Part shown: positions 11,696 to 23,199 of the stretch, one piece after another
Numbering within the stretch: position 1 is the first letter of the stretch
How the letters are laid out: each line of letters opens with the position of its first letter
Assembly (NCBI RefSeq): GCF_030144855.1
Contig: NW_026781355.1
Span: 186,001 to 250,000, forward strand
Source of the DNA: Hypanus sabinus
Taxonomy: Eukaryota
Direction of reading: 5' to 3'
DNA: 64,000 nt
Notes under the pieces: model-generated
What the model was told of the DNA's origin: nothing
Database searches by the model: none
Seen by the model: only the letters and a program-made list of their open reading frames with translations
Position numbers and translations under genes: made by a program

Positions 11696-12939
11696 GGGGA
11701 GAAACAGGAATGTTATCACCATCAGCACATAACAATTGATGTACATGGTAGTCCTGATTTGGGGGACTCGAGGATGGAACAACTGTTCCAAGAAGATGGG
11801 AATCTGCCCACTCAAGGAGGTGATTTTTATTTTCCACATCCTGAGAACCGGGGGAGTTCTGTCAAAAAATCAAAGGGAAAGGAAGATATGCCAGTGTTTG
11901 TCTCTCCTATCCCAAAATATAGTTGGATGAGGAAAAGTGGATGCCTTGAATCCAAAGACAACTGGAAATCTGGACTGGTTTGTCTAGAAAAACAAGTAGA
12001 AAATATGCACAAAATAATTTAAGATTTAAACTGGAAGTAAGAGTGGAGATGATCCTTAAATGTTACAGGTTTAGTTCAACATGAAGAGGATAATATACAT
12101 TGTTGCAATGTAATTAGCCATGACTGGGGCCATGGTCCATCTTGCTCCAGAGCCAGTCCAGTGGACAAATTTGTCAACAGTGATGCTGTTGCTTGGAAAA
12201 CCCTGAACAGAAACAAATCTTCCTCAACGACTCGGGGAATATGATCTAACAAAGGAAAATGGAGGAGTCAAACTTGTGCCTTTGTACTGGGTAGATGGCT
12301 TGACACACGTGGACAAAAGCCTAGGTGTTCCAGAAGATACAGTTTCTATGTAATAACATTCTAGGGGTGACATTGTTCAGTATCCCAGAGAGGGTAATCA
12401 TGAGTCAGTCTGTCGATCCAATTATTGAACAACCTTCAGGTAATGACGGCCATGGTAAGGTTACAGTTCTGTGGGATCACACTTGTGTGAATATTGAATG
12501 GGGCAATGACCTACACCAGAGGTAGTTTGACTGGGGGGGCCACCCCAAGCGTTTCACTAAGGTTGCTTCCATCATTATAAACTGCCCACGAGGGAATGTA
12601 GTACACAGGGAGAGTAGAATGGGGAAGGTGCTAAAGAACACAGAGTGGCCAGGCTCTCTCCAGGTTTTCAAAACTATTAGAAAAATACCCACAAGTGATG
12701 GAAACTACACCAGAGCCTAAATGTAGTGAGACCCAGCGTAACACAAACAGGATAGGATTAGGGTTAGGAGATCTGGGGAATTTGTCATTTTGGTACCTGG
12801 GTACCAGCACTTGCAGATAATTTTTAATCTAACTGAAATAATGGTGTCTGAATAGTGCTGACCTACAACAAAACAATTATTTACTCACCCTTATGAGAGA
12901 CAACTAAGCAGAGCGAGGTTAGGCCATTCAGGTTGTAAT

Positions 12940-13225
12940 AAAGCAGTAGATGGCAGGGGCCTCCCATCAGCTGAAACAACCCCCCTGGCTTCCCACAGAG
13001 GCAAGTGTTCTGTAAGGCTGTTACAAACATACACACTATCAGAGTGTGTGACTGGCCCTGATGGAAAACACTTTGGTGGCTAACCACAAATACCACAGCT
13101 GCCATTTCTGCTGCCTGTACACCCATGGATTTGGCCATGTTCATCCTCTACATATATGCCACACCCAGTTCTCCTCTCACCATCCTGTACTGATGAGGAG
13201 CCATCCACAAAAATTTTAAAGTAGG
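12940..13225 (-). pseudogene. pol: Second, retrovirus-type RNase H domain (right arm)
   Basis: Manual minus-strand reading gives IFVDGSSS...GCGIYVED, GVQAAEMAAV and SDSVYVCNSLTEHLPLWE across frameshifts. Confidence 0.78.
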
Positions 13226-13399
13226 ATTGTCTTTTTCCTTTGTGTCTCTGTTCTCAGTCAGTACTTTATCTGATCTGCTTCCACCCGTCCTTTTTGTTTT
13301 GATACAAATGGACCCTTGGGATCATTTGCTATCATAACTTGACATTCATGTTCACTTCCTTGGTGTACCAGGTTATCGACTAACATAAAGGTAGCGTTT

Positions 13400-14090
13400 A
13401 AACTCACTTTACACTAATATTTCTCCCTTGCAACAGCAATGTCCATCTAGCAATTCTGTTTTGGCTTACTGACCAATCGTGAATCCTTCCATCTAACAGT
13501 AAATGTATGGAGGTCTGTTCTGTCAGTATTGAAAGTGGATTAGGTCCTACTTTGTAGGTGAAATGTTGTACTGCCCAGAAAACCACTAACAAGTGTTTTT
13601 CAGATATAGTCTACCCCTTTTCTAATGGTGAGAGCATGAGTGATGCATAGGCTACTGGTGTTAACTTTCCATGCGTCTGCTGTAACAGTTCTGCTGAGAA
13701 GCTGGCATCAGTTGTAGCCACCTCCAATGAGAATGACTCATTCGGATTTGGGGTTTTTAAAGCAGGCAGAGTGGCCAATGCTTGCTTCAGATCTGTGATG
13801 GCCTGGGTGTGTTCTGATTTCCATTCCCACACCACATTCTTTTTCAGTAACTCCATTAAAGGAGCTGCCTTAATGAATTAATGAATTGATGAATCTATCA
13901 ATGTGATTCCTGCAGTAGCTTACCAGCCCCAGAAAGGACCGCAGAACTTTCAGGTCTCAGGGAATAGGCAGTTTCATAATCGATTCTACTCTTTGCTTAT
14001 CAATTTCTCTTTTTCCCAGTGTCAAGATCATTCTCATACAACGAACTTTTGTTTCATTTCCTTTGCTTTTCTAGGGTTTATCTTTAGTCC
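13400..14090 (-). pseudogene. pol: RT thumb/connection and Ty3-type RNase H-like (tether) remnant (right arm)
   Basis: GLKINPRK, IDKQRVESIMKLPIP, LLKKNVVWEWKSEH...LKQALATLPAL, PVAYASLMLSPLEK, FWAVQHF and RIARWTLLLQ. Confidence 0.9.
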
Positions 14091-15606
14091 CAATGCAAAT
14101 TGGCAGTGGCATTGGTCCCAGCTATCCCTGCCTGTTTGATGTCCACGTGAAAATGTCTGTGTTCCAAGCCTACACTGATGACTGTCCTGCACATTTCCTA
14201 TATTACATCGAAACTGCATTGGTGCTGCTTCCTGCACCCATGTTGAACTCATCAACTTCATTCATTTTGCCTCCAAGTTCCACTCTGCCCTCAAGTTCAC
14301 CTGGTCCATTTCCGACACCTCCCTTCCCTTTCTCGATCTCACTGTCACTATCTCCAAAGGAAGCTTATCCATCGATGTCTATTAGAAACCCATGAACTCT
14401 CAAAGCTACCTGGACTATACCTTATCCCACCCTGCTACTTGTAAAAATTCCATCCCATTCTCACCATTCCTCCATCTCTGCCACATCTGCTCTCAGGATG
14501 AGGCTTTTCATTATCAAATGAAGGAGATGTCCTCCTTTTTTCAAAGAAAGGGGCCTCTCTTCTCCCTCCATCAACACTGCCTTCAACCGCATCTCTTCCA
14601 TTTCACACACGTCTGCTCTAACCCCATCTTTCCGCCACCCCACCAGTGATAGTGTTCCTTTTGTCCTCACTTAACACCCCACCAGCCTCTGCGTCCAGCA
14701 CACAATTCTCCAAAACTGCCCACACCTCCAATGGGATCCCACCACCAAGCACATCTTTCCCTACCCCCAATTTCTGCTTCCCGCAGAGATCGCTCCCTAC
14801 GTGACTCCCTTCTCCACTCGTCCCACCACACTCTTCTCTCTCCTGGCACTTAACCTTGCAAGTGGAACAAGTGCTACAACTGCCCTTACACCTTCTACTT
14901 TATGACCATTCAAGGCTTAAACAGCCCTTCCAGGTGAGGCAACATTTCATCTGTGAGTCTGTTGGCGTCATATACTGTGTTCAATGATCCTGGTGTTACC
15001 TCTTGTATAATGGTGAGACCCGATGTAGATTGGGAGACCACTTCACTGAGCATTTACACTCCATCTGCCAGAACAAGTGGCATCTCTGAGTGCTGCCCAT
15101 TTTAATTCCACCTCCCGTTCCCATTCCGATATGTCAATCCACGGCCTCCTCCACTGTCGTGATGAGGCCACACTTAGGTTGGAGGAATAACACCTTATAT
15201 TCCGTTTGGGCAGCCTCCAACCTGATGGCATGAACATCGATTTCTCAAAAATTCAGTAATACCCCCCACCTTCATCCCACCCTTCACCATTCCCCATCCC
15301 TTTTTCCTTGTCTCATGTTATCTCCTTGAATACCCATCGCCTCCCCCGGTGCTCCTCCCCCACCTTTTTCTCTCTTCCATGGCCTTCTGTCTCATTCACC
15401 AGTCAACTTCCCAGCTCTTTACTTCATCCCTTCCCATCCAGGTTTCACCTGATGTTTCTCTCTCCCTCCCCCCACCTTTTAAATCTACTCCTCAGCTTTT
15501 TCCCTCCAGTCCCACTGAAGGGTTTAGGCCTGAAATGTTGACTGTATTCTTTCCCATAAGATGCTGCCTGGCCTGCTGAGTTCCTCCAGCATTTTGTGTG
15601 TGTTGC
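14091..15606 (+). mobile_element. 5'-truncated Penelope-like element (RT C-terminus, GIY-YIG endonuclease, terminal repeat) inserted in the retroelement RT
   Basis: SYLDYTLSHPATCKNSIPFS...ICSQDEAF...EMSSFFQ; GIY-YIG-like region ending ...IFRLGSLQPDGMNIDFS; 3' tail GATGCTGCCTGGCCTGCTGAGTTCCTCCAGCATTTTGTGTG. Retroelement RT frames resume on both sides. Confidence 0.87.
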
Positions 15607-16007
15607 TAATAACTGCACCAGTTCTGTCAATAGCTGATAATATTCCTGCTTAGTTTCAATCTGCAGGAATAGATCTTCTATGTACTGAATCAAGCACTCA
15701 GGTTTTGAAAACCATTTAAACCTTTCCCCTGAGCGCTGGTGAAATATAGATGGGGAATTATGGAACCCCTGTGGTAGGGTAGTCCACGTACACTGCTTGC
15801 TCTGAAAGGCAAATGCAAACTTGACCATGACCAAAACCCATTATTTATGTTTAAAACTGAACCATTGTGCAATTTCATTCTGTTTGACCACTGTTTCAGG
15901 GTTAGTTGCTACAGTTGGGGCTGTTAACCGAGTTACTTTATTCACCTCTCAATAATCAACCTCCAACTACCATCTGGTTTCCTCACGGGCAATATGGGTG
16001 AGTCATT
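15607..16007 (-). pseudogene. pol: Reverse transcriptase core (right arm)
   Basis: KFAFAFQSKQCTWTTLPQGFHNSPSIFHQ...QYIEDLFLQ...ELVQLLA. Confidence 0.92.
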
Positions 16008-16081
16008 CAACATGCACAAACAAGCTGGAGGAACTCAGCAGGTCGGGCAGCATCCATTGAAACAAGCATCCGTTGTGTTGC
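16008..16081 (-). mobile_element. 74-bp Penelope-terminal-repeat-type insertion with a 12-bp target-site duplication
   Basis: Flanked by GGGTGAGTCATT (15996-16007) and GGGTGAGTTATT (16082-16093); interrupts the RT motif NNSP|ILPVRKPDG. Confidence 0.85.
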
Positions 16082-16720
16082 GGGTGAGTTATTAGTGGAG
16101 GCTACTGGCCTCAGTACCCCTTGTTGTACCAAACTCTGTATTCCCTTACCTACATCTTCCTTTGCTTTTTTTGGAAACTCATATTGGTTCGGTGCTTTGG
16201 GGTCTGGACCTAGTATGCACACACTGCCAGCTATCTTTCCACAGTCATGCTTATGCCTTGCGAATGCCCCCAAGTTCTGTACAATAATTTGCTGCACCTT
16301 CTGATCATTGCTCATCTCCCCCGGTTTTATCCACATTTCACCCATTTTACATATTCGATCCTGATATTCTCCTGCCCGGATCTGTATGTGGTGTACGTTA
16401 TTCATGTCAATTGGCATCTGCCAAATCATACAATTAACTGGATCAAAGCAAAGCCCCACTTTGGCCAAGTAATCAGTCCCCAATATATGATCCTGCTCCC
16501 TGGGTAATTCCACCAGCACTGTTGAATGTTTCAATGCTATGTCTCCTATCCTTAATTCCAAAGTCACACTCACACGTCCCACTGGTGGATGTCTGAGAAT
16601 CCAATGAGGATAACTCTACCTTGTATCTCCCAATTTATGTTATTTACATTAGTGGTGTTGACGGTGGTTCGGGATCCTCCAGTGTCCCATAAAAAGGTAA
16701 CAGGGCGGCCTCTGACCCTA
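16082..16720 (-). pseudogene. pol: Aspartic protease and RT N-terminus (right arm only)
   Basis: RPVTFLWDTGGSRTT (DTG at ~16678-16686), DHILGTDYL, NQYEFPKKAKEDVGKGIQSLVQQGVLRPVASTNNSP. Confidence 0.9.
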
Positions 16721-16834
16721 CAACTCACTCAAGGTCTTCTGGTTTCATCCCATCTTGTATCACACCCATGTTGGTGAGACCTGACACCGTCATTCAGGCT
16801 CAGGGTACAAATCCCTGGATGGTTGTGTCTCCAC

Positions 16835-17871
16835 CATGTTATTTTGTGGGCTCCATCTTTCTGGACCCTCAAAAGACAAACTGCATTGTTCTGCTCTTTC
16901 TCGTCTCAGGTTTGGAAATCCTCCCTTCATGTGTCCCTCTTGGCCACAGTTACAGCATTTAATTACTCCACCTTCAGTTCTCCCTGTTTCTGGCTCCATT
17001 CCATTTCCTCTGCCCTTCTTTGCCCCTTGATGGTGTGGCAGGGAGGCCCTCAGGGTGGGTCCCCTACTTTCATTTCTCCAGGCATTTGCCTGACTTTTAA
17101 CAGACATCACCTTCCCATTAGGGAGTTTAGATGGTCTCTGTATCTCCTTTTCCCTCACTCTACACATTTTCCTCAGTGACCGTGCCTCAGCATGTGTGGG
17201 TTCAGAAGGATCAAACATTTCCAGTGCCTTTTTAGATTCAACGGTATAGTGAGACGCCAGTATCCACAACCGTCTAAATGGCTGCACTCTACTGCTGTTT
17301 CTACACTCCTTGGAAGACAGTCCATAAATGGGATGCAAATGCAGTGGGATGTTCCCCTCTCCTCCGGTAAAATCTGTCTTGTGCGTCGACTGGGTCCCCT
17401 CTGTTAACACCCTTAGCAGTCAATATTGCGTTCTTCAGTCCCCACCATCTCACTGTAGATCCGGCAAAGCCGAGTGCATATTTAGATGGGACACATTATA
17501 ATCAATCTCCTTTCCTTGAAGTTCTCTCTGATGGCTAGTTGCTTGGAAAAGCTCTTGAGTATCGTCTCTGAGCACACGTGTCCTGATATCCTCAGCAATA
17601 TCTTTAAGTTGCTGTACACTGAACAGTGTGGTGTATGTTACAGTCTGAGTTTGATTTGCTCCCCTGCTCCCTCCTCTCTGAGAGTAATGCGGGGTGCCAA
17701 TCGTGCAGACGGTAGCACTGACCCCCTATGGTAGGGAGTCGGTGGGAATTCCTCAGGAAATGGTATTTTATAATTATCATAACCATATCTAGTAGCTTCA
17801 TCTGCTAAATCATGCCAATCACTACCTCCATATTCACATCCCGCCCTCCCCCATTGGGACTGGGTTTGCAC
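16835..17871 (-). pseudogene. gag: gag remnant (right arm), inverted copy of 8458-9498
   Basis: Near-identical ORF-track peptides on opposite strands (8458..8691 vs 17638..17871; 8918.. vs 16790..17410); IKCCNCGQEGHM. Confidence 0.8.
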
Positions 17872-19405
17872 TGAGGTGAGATCAGACAGAGACTGGCTTT
17901 GTTTTCTGGAGTGACTGAGGTGTTTTCAGAGAGTGAGTTTGTTCTGATGAGAGACTGTGGAGAGATCACAAAGGCTGGGTTTGCTCTGAGGTGAGATCAG
18001 ACAGAGACTGGCTTTGTTTTCTGGAGTGACAGAGGTGTGATCAGAGAGTGAATTTGTTCTGATGAGAGACAGTGGAGAGATCAGACAGACTGGGTTTGTT
18101 CTGACTGAAGATCGGACAGACTGAGTTTGGTCTGAGAGGAGATCGGACGGACTGGGTTTGGTCTGACGGAGATGGGACAGACTGGGTTTGGTCTGAGGGG
18201 AGATCAGACGGACTGGGTTTGCTCTGAGAAGAGATCGGACAGACTGGGTTTGGTCTGAGGAGAGATCGGACAGACTGGGTTTGGTCTGAGGGGAGATCAG
18301 AGAGACTGGGTTTGGTCTGAGTGGAGATCGGACAGACTGGGATTGTTCTGAGAGGAGATCGGACAGACTGGGTTTAGTCTGACGGAGATGGGACAGACTG
18401 GGTTTGGTCTGAGGGGAGATTGAACAGACTGGATTTGGTCTGAGGGGAGATCGGACAGACTGAGTTTGGTCTGAGGGTAGATCGGACAGACTGGGATTGT
18501 TCTGAGAGGAGATCGGACAGACTGGGTTTAGTCTGAGGGAGATTGAACAGACTGGATTTGGTCTGAGGGGAGATCGGACAGACTGAGTTTGGTCTGAGGG
18601 GAGATCGGACAGACTGGGTTTGGTCTGAGGGGAGATCAGAGAGACTGGGTTTGGTCTGAGGGGAGATCGGACAGACTGGGTTAGGTCTGAGGGGAGATTG
18701 GACAGAATGGGTTTAGTCTGAGAGGAGATCGGACAGACTGGGTTTAGTCTGACGGAGATGGGACAGACTGGGTTTGGTCTGAGGGGAGATTGAACAGACT
18801 GGATTTGTTCTGAGGGGAGATCGGACAGACTGGGTTTGGTCTGAGGGCAGATCGGACGGACTGGGTTTGGTCTGAGGGGAGATCAGAGAGACTGGGTTTG
18901 GTCTGAGGGGAGATCGGACAGACTGGGTTAGGTCTGAGGGGAGATTGGACAGACTGGGTTTAGTCTGAGGGAGATGGGACAGACTGGGTTTGGTCTGAGG
19001 GGAGATTGAACAGACTGGATTTGGTCTGAGGGGAGATCAGACAGACTGGGTTTGGTCTGAGGGGGGATCGGATGGACTTGGTTTGCTCTGAGGAGAGATC
19101 GGACGGACTGGGTTTGGTCTGAGGGGAGATCGGACAGATTGGGTTTGGTCTGAGGGAGATCGGACAGACTGGGTTTGGTCTGAGGGGAGATCAGACAGAT
19201 TTGGTTTGATCTGAGGGGAGATCGGACAGACTGGGTTTGGTCTGAGGGAAGATCGGACAGACTGGGTTTGGTCTGAGGGAACATCGGACAGACTGGGTTT
19301 GGTCTGATGGAGATCGGACAGACTGGGTTTGGTCTGAGGGGAGATCGGACAGACTGGGTTTGGTCTGAGGGTGATTGGACAGACTTGGTTTGGTCTGAGG
19401 GAAGA
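17872..19405 (-). repeat. Inverted copy of the 31-bp array, with two degenerate boundary blocks at ~17872-18125
   Basis: AGGGGAGATCGGACAGACTGGGTTTGGTCTG units are the reverse complement of the left array. Boundary blocks match 7733-7848 and 8317-8458. Confidence 0.95.
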
Positions 19406-19619
19406 TAATGATAATGCCCAATTAGTTTCACAGCTGAAAAGATTGAACTTGCCTTTTGGGGATGTGGTAAATGAGGAAGTAGCTGGAAATATCTCCTCTT
19501 TCATTGCGGTAGGAAAAACAACACAGAACTAACAGTGACTTGGGCAGGATTATGTTACAGATTGTCTTTAACTGTCAGATATTCATCGAAATAAAGAGTT
19601 TCTTGTGTCACCGACAGAG

Positions 19620-19810
19620 ATGTACCACATCGAGCCGAGATGCACCCAGACAGGGTGCTGTCTATGGTGTTTGATAACTCTGGTCTTGTACTCACTGCAG
19701 TTTAGAAGAATGCTGGGGGGATGCAGGGAATCTCATTGAAACCTATGCAATACTGAGAGTCTTAGATAGATTGGACATGGAGAAGGTGTTTCTGATTGTG
19801 GGGAAGTCCT
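19620..19810 (+). mobile_element. CR1-type LINE 3' fragment
   Basis: TTGTACTCACTGCAGTTTAGAAGAATG...CTCATTGAAACCTAT matches the RT C-terminal region of the other CR1 copies here. Confidence 0.6.
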
Positions 19811-22189
19811 GATGATTCAGCTGTGTGCAATAACTTTAATAATAGACTGTAAAATAACAAGCCACGGGGGTGGGGGCACAAAACGAGTGAGACTGAAACT
19901 GAACACAACAGGCAACAATGTAAACTTTAGGCAGGGAGAGTGAGGACTGGGAGCAACTATTTGAGGTCAGTTCGTTCGATGAGTGAACAAGGAGTGTGGA
20001 TGGGAGCTGGGTTGAAATAGGCTGCCGGTGATGATTCTGGAACGATCGGCAGTTGAATCCTATTGGCTGGGTGGCGATGCGAGGTGCCTGAATGTGCCGG
20101 CTGGGGTTGTCAATGTGACTGAGCCTGACACTTTGATCTGCCCAAAACTTGTTGGTCACCCAGAGAAACGAGATGTTCAGTACCTCAATTGGAGGGCTGA
20201 GTCCGGTGGGGAAGCCCCTTGAACAGCCTCGAGGCCACTTAAATGACAGTGGTGGTATAATTGCTAAAGATTGGTGAACACTAATTAATGACCTGAATAT
20301 AAAGATTTTGTAGCTTCCTTGTTTGTATATATTTTTAATACGTACAAGGGTTATTTTTGAAATATAAAAAAGTGATGAAAACTTGCAAGATTTATTTATT
20401 TTATTTAAAGTTCAAAGTACATTTATTATCAAAGTTCGTGTGCAGTATTCAACCCTGAGATTTGTCTTCCACAGACAACTACAAAACAATGAAATACCGT
20501 GGAACCCTTTCAAAGAAAAAGCTCAAACACCCAACGTGCAAAAAAACAGAAGAAATTGTGGAAACAAGAAAGAAAAGCAAGCAATTAAAACACAGAATAT
20601 AAAATATCAATCTGCAGACCGCAGAGCCAGTCGGTCCTGATCAAAGTCACACAATATAGCCAAAAAAAAGTGCAACCAGAAATCAGAAGCACATCATAAC
20701 ATGAACTGCAGAGTCTCATCCACATCGATTAAACCTTGCCCAAGACCCAAGACTCCAGTATCATCCGCTGGTGGTGGTGAGAGAGAGGGAGGGAGAGAGA
20801 GAGATATAGAGGGAGAGACTGAATTTATTGATGGAGCATGGACCAGGCATTTCCCAGCCATACAGCATCACTGCCCAGCCACCCACCTGCCTGCTGGTTG
20901 TATTGTACATTCCTACTTTGAGAATAAAATGAAACTTTGAACATTGATAATAAATGTACTTTGAACGTTGAACCCTAGTCTAATCACAGGACAATTTACA
21001 AACGTTTGTACAAAGACAAATTAACTTACTAACCAGTACATCTTTGGACAATGGGAGGAAACTGGAGCTCCTGGTGGAAACCCACGTGTTCACAGTAAAG
21101 AATGTACAAACTTAAATAACTTTCTGTTTTAATGTGGTGATTATGACATAACTATGCAGTTGCGATCTCAAAAGGGTTTTGAAAATCACCTATACGTCTG
21201 CATGTGTGTGGGGTGTTTCTATTGATTATGTGAATCTGTTGATCTTCTTTGCAATTCAGTGTACAGAAGATGCTGTCAACGTTTCTGGTTAATATCAGAG
21301 AATGTACATAGTATACAACCCGAATCACTTACTCTATTCAGACATCCACAAAACAGAAGAAAACCTCCAAAGAAAGAATGAAAAACGTTAAAACCTCAAA
21401 GCTGCCTCTCCCCAGTCCCACACACAAACAGATGCAAAGTATCAACCTCCCCCCTCCCCCTCCCCACTTGTTACAGCAGGAATCATCAGATCCTCCATCA
21501 CTCACCAGGGAAACAATAGCAAATCCCCAAAGAGACCATGATCTGCAGTCCAACAAAAAACACTGTTCACTCAACAATTCCACATGCTGCAGTCTCTCTC
21601 TCTCTCTCTCACTAACAAGGGGAGATCTAGCACTGCAAGAGGGGTGATCAACAGATCGATGTTTCAACAATACGATTTGAAATGATGCTTATTCGAGCTC
21701 ACCCAACTCGAGAACCAGCAGACCCTCTCCCTACTGAGAGAGAGAGAGAGGGAGGAAGGGAGAGAGAGAGAGAGACAGAGGAAGGGAGAGAGGGAGAGTG
21801 TAGTGCAGAGGCCTTCGCCAGCCACACCCCCGACTCAATGTTTCAATCTTTTGCAACGGTTCAGTTGGTGACACTATCAAGGAACCCAGTCCACAGGAGC
21901 TGTGCAAGACCACAGCCCAAAGATACACATCGTGCAGGCCACTCCTGGAGATATCAAAAATGGGCAGTCAGCAAGCTCTGGGAGCTGGAACCCACTGCAA
22001 TGAAGAACTGCAGTTTGAGTGCAGTCGGAGATCATGGACTCCGACAGGACTCCTTCATCCTTGAAAAGGGAAAAAAGAGACTGGAATTTGAGCTCTTTTG
22101 CAGACAAGCTCAAAGAAGTCATTCTCTGGCACCATCTAAGTTCCTCTTTTTGGTTGTCACTATTGTAACCAATCTTGTAACATGAACAT

Positions 22190-22810
22190 GTGTTCTCTGA
22201 TGTGACTAACTTCTGTAATTCACAGTGGAGAGTATGTGGACTGGTCGCATCATGACCTGCTATGGAAACCCCAATGCCCAAGAACCAAAAATCCTACAAA
22301 GAGAGCTGGGTATGGCCCAGTCCATCACAGGAGGTGCCCTCCCCACCATTGAACACATCTACAAGGAGTGCTGCCAGAAGAAAGCAGCTTCCATCATCAA
22401 GGACCCCCATCATCCAGACCATGCTCACCTCTCACTGCTGCCATCAGGCAAGAGGTACAGAAGCCTCTGGACCCACACCACCAAGTTCAGGGACAGTTAT
22501 GACCTCTCTACCATCAGGCTCCTGAACCAGAGTGGAATGCTTCACTCACCTCAACTGATTCGACAACCTACGGACTCACTTTCAAGGATTGTGGAACTCA
22601 TGTTCTCAGTATTACTTATCTCTTTTTTTTGACAGTTTGCCTTTTTTCGCATGTTGGTTGTATGTCCGTCTTTGTTTGTGTGTAGTTTTTCATTGATTCT
22701 ATTGATTTCTTTGTTCTACTGTGAATGCCTGGAAGAAAATGAATCTCAGGGTAGCATCTGGCCACATATTCATACTTCGACAATAAATTCATTTTGAACT
22801 TTGAATCTCT
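22190..22810 (+). mobile_element. Rex1/Babar-type LINE 3' fragment
   Basis: KKAASIIKDPHHPDHAHLSLLPSGKRYRSL. Confidence 0.75.
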
Positions 22811-23199
22811 AAGGAAGAGATCGATCAGGTAGGACGTGAAAGGACCTGTAGACAAAGTTAATGAGCAAATGAGTTGTCTAGCCTGTGACTTGCAAATAAC
22901 AAAAATACCAATAAAAACCAGGCTGATTACCAATAATCAGAAGGGAACTGAAAATCAGAAGAGAGACAGTAAGAGTTTACAGTATTCTTACTCTTCACAG
23001 ACATCCATGAAAAAAACAGAAGGAAATTTTGTAAAACGTTAGCCCCCAAAGCCCCCCCCCCCCCGAAGCAGCCACAAAGCATCAACCCTTCCCCCTGTCA
23101 CTTGTTCCAACAGGAAGCAGCAGCCCTCAACAATTAACCCACTAAATGTGTGTCTTTGGACCGTGGGAGGAAACTGGAGGAAACCCCCATGGTCACGAG

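Larger units (their letters stand above)
8317..12720 (+). mobile_element. Left arm: deleted, decayed retrovirus-like LTR element (gag, partial RT, integrase, unknown downstream region)
   Basis: Gag zinc knuckle, RT motifs and integrase HHCC/core/GPY motifs in order on +, with many stops and frameshifts. Right boundary approximate. Confidence 0.88.

Noticed and set aside
12791-12806. Perfect TGGTACC-TG-GGTACCA hairpin near the strand switch between arms
   Set aside because: A 7-bp stem is expected by chance in 64 kb, and the true junction cannot be placed precisely.
8312-18125. Inverted arms as a long-read foldback artefact
   Set aside because: The arms differ by many substitutions and arm-specific deletions, unlike a re-read of the same molecule. 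A scaffold mis-join is not excluded.
21338-22185. ORFs of 89-167 aa around (GA)n/(CT)n tracts
   Set aside because: Low-complexity and repeat-derived, with no recognisable domain or splice support.
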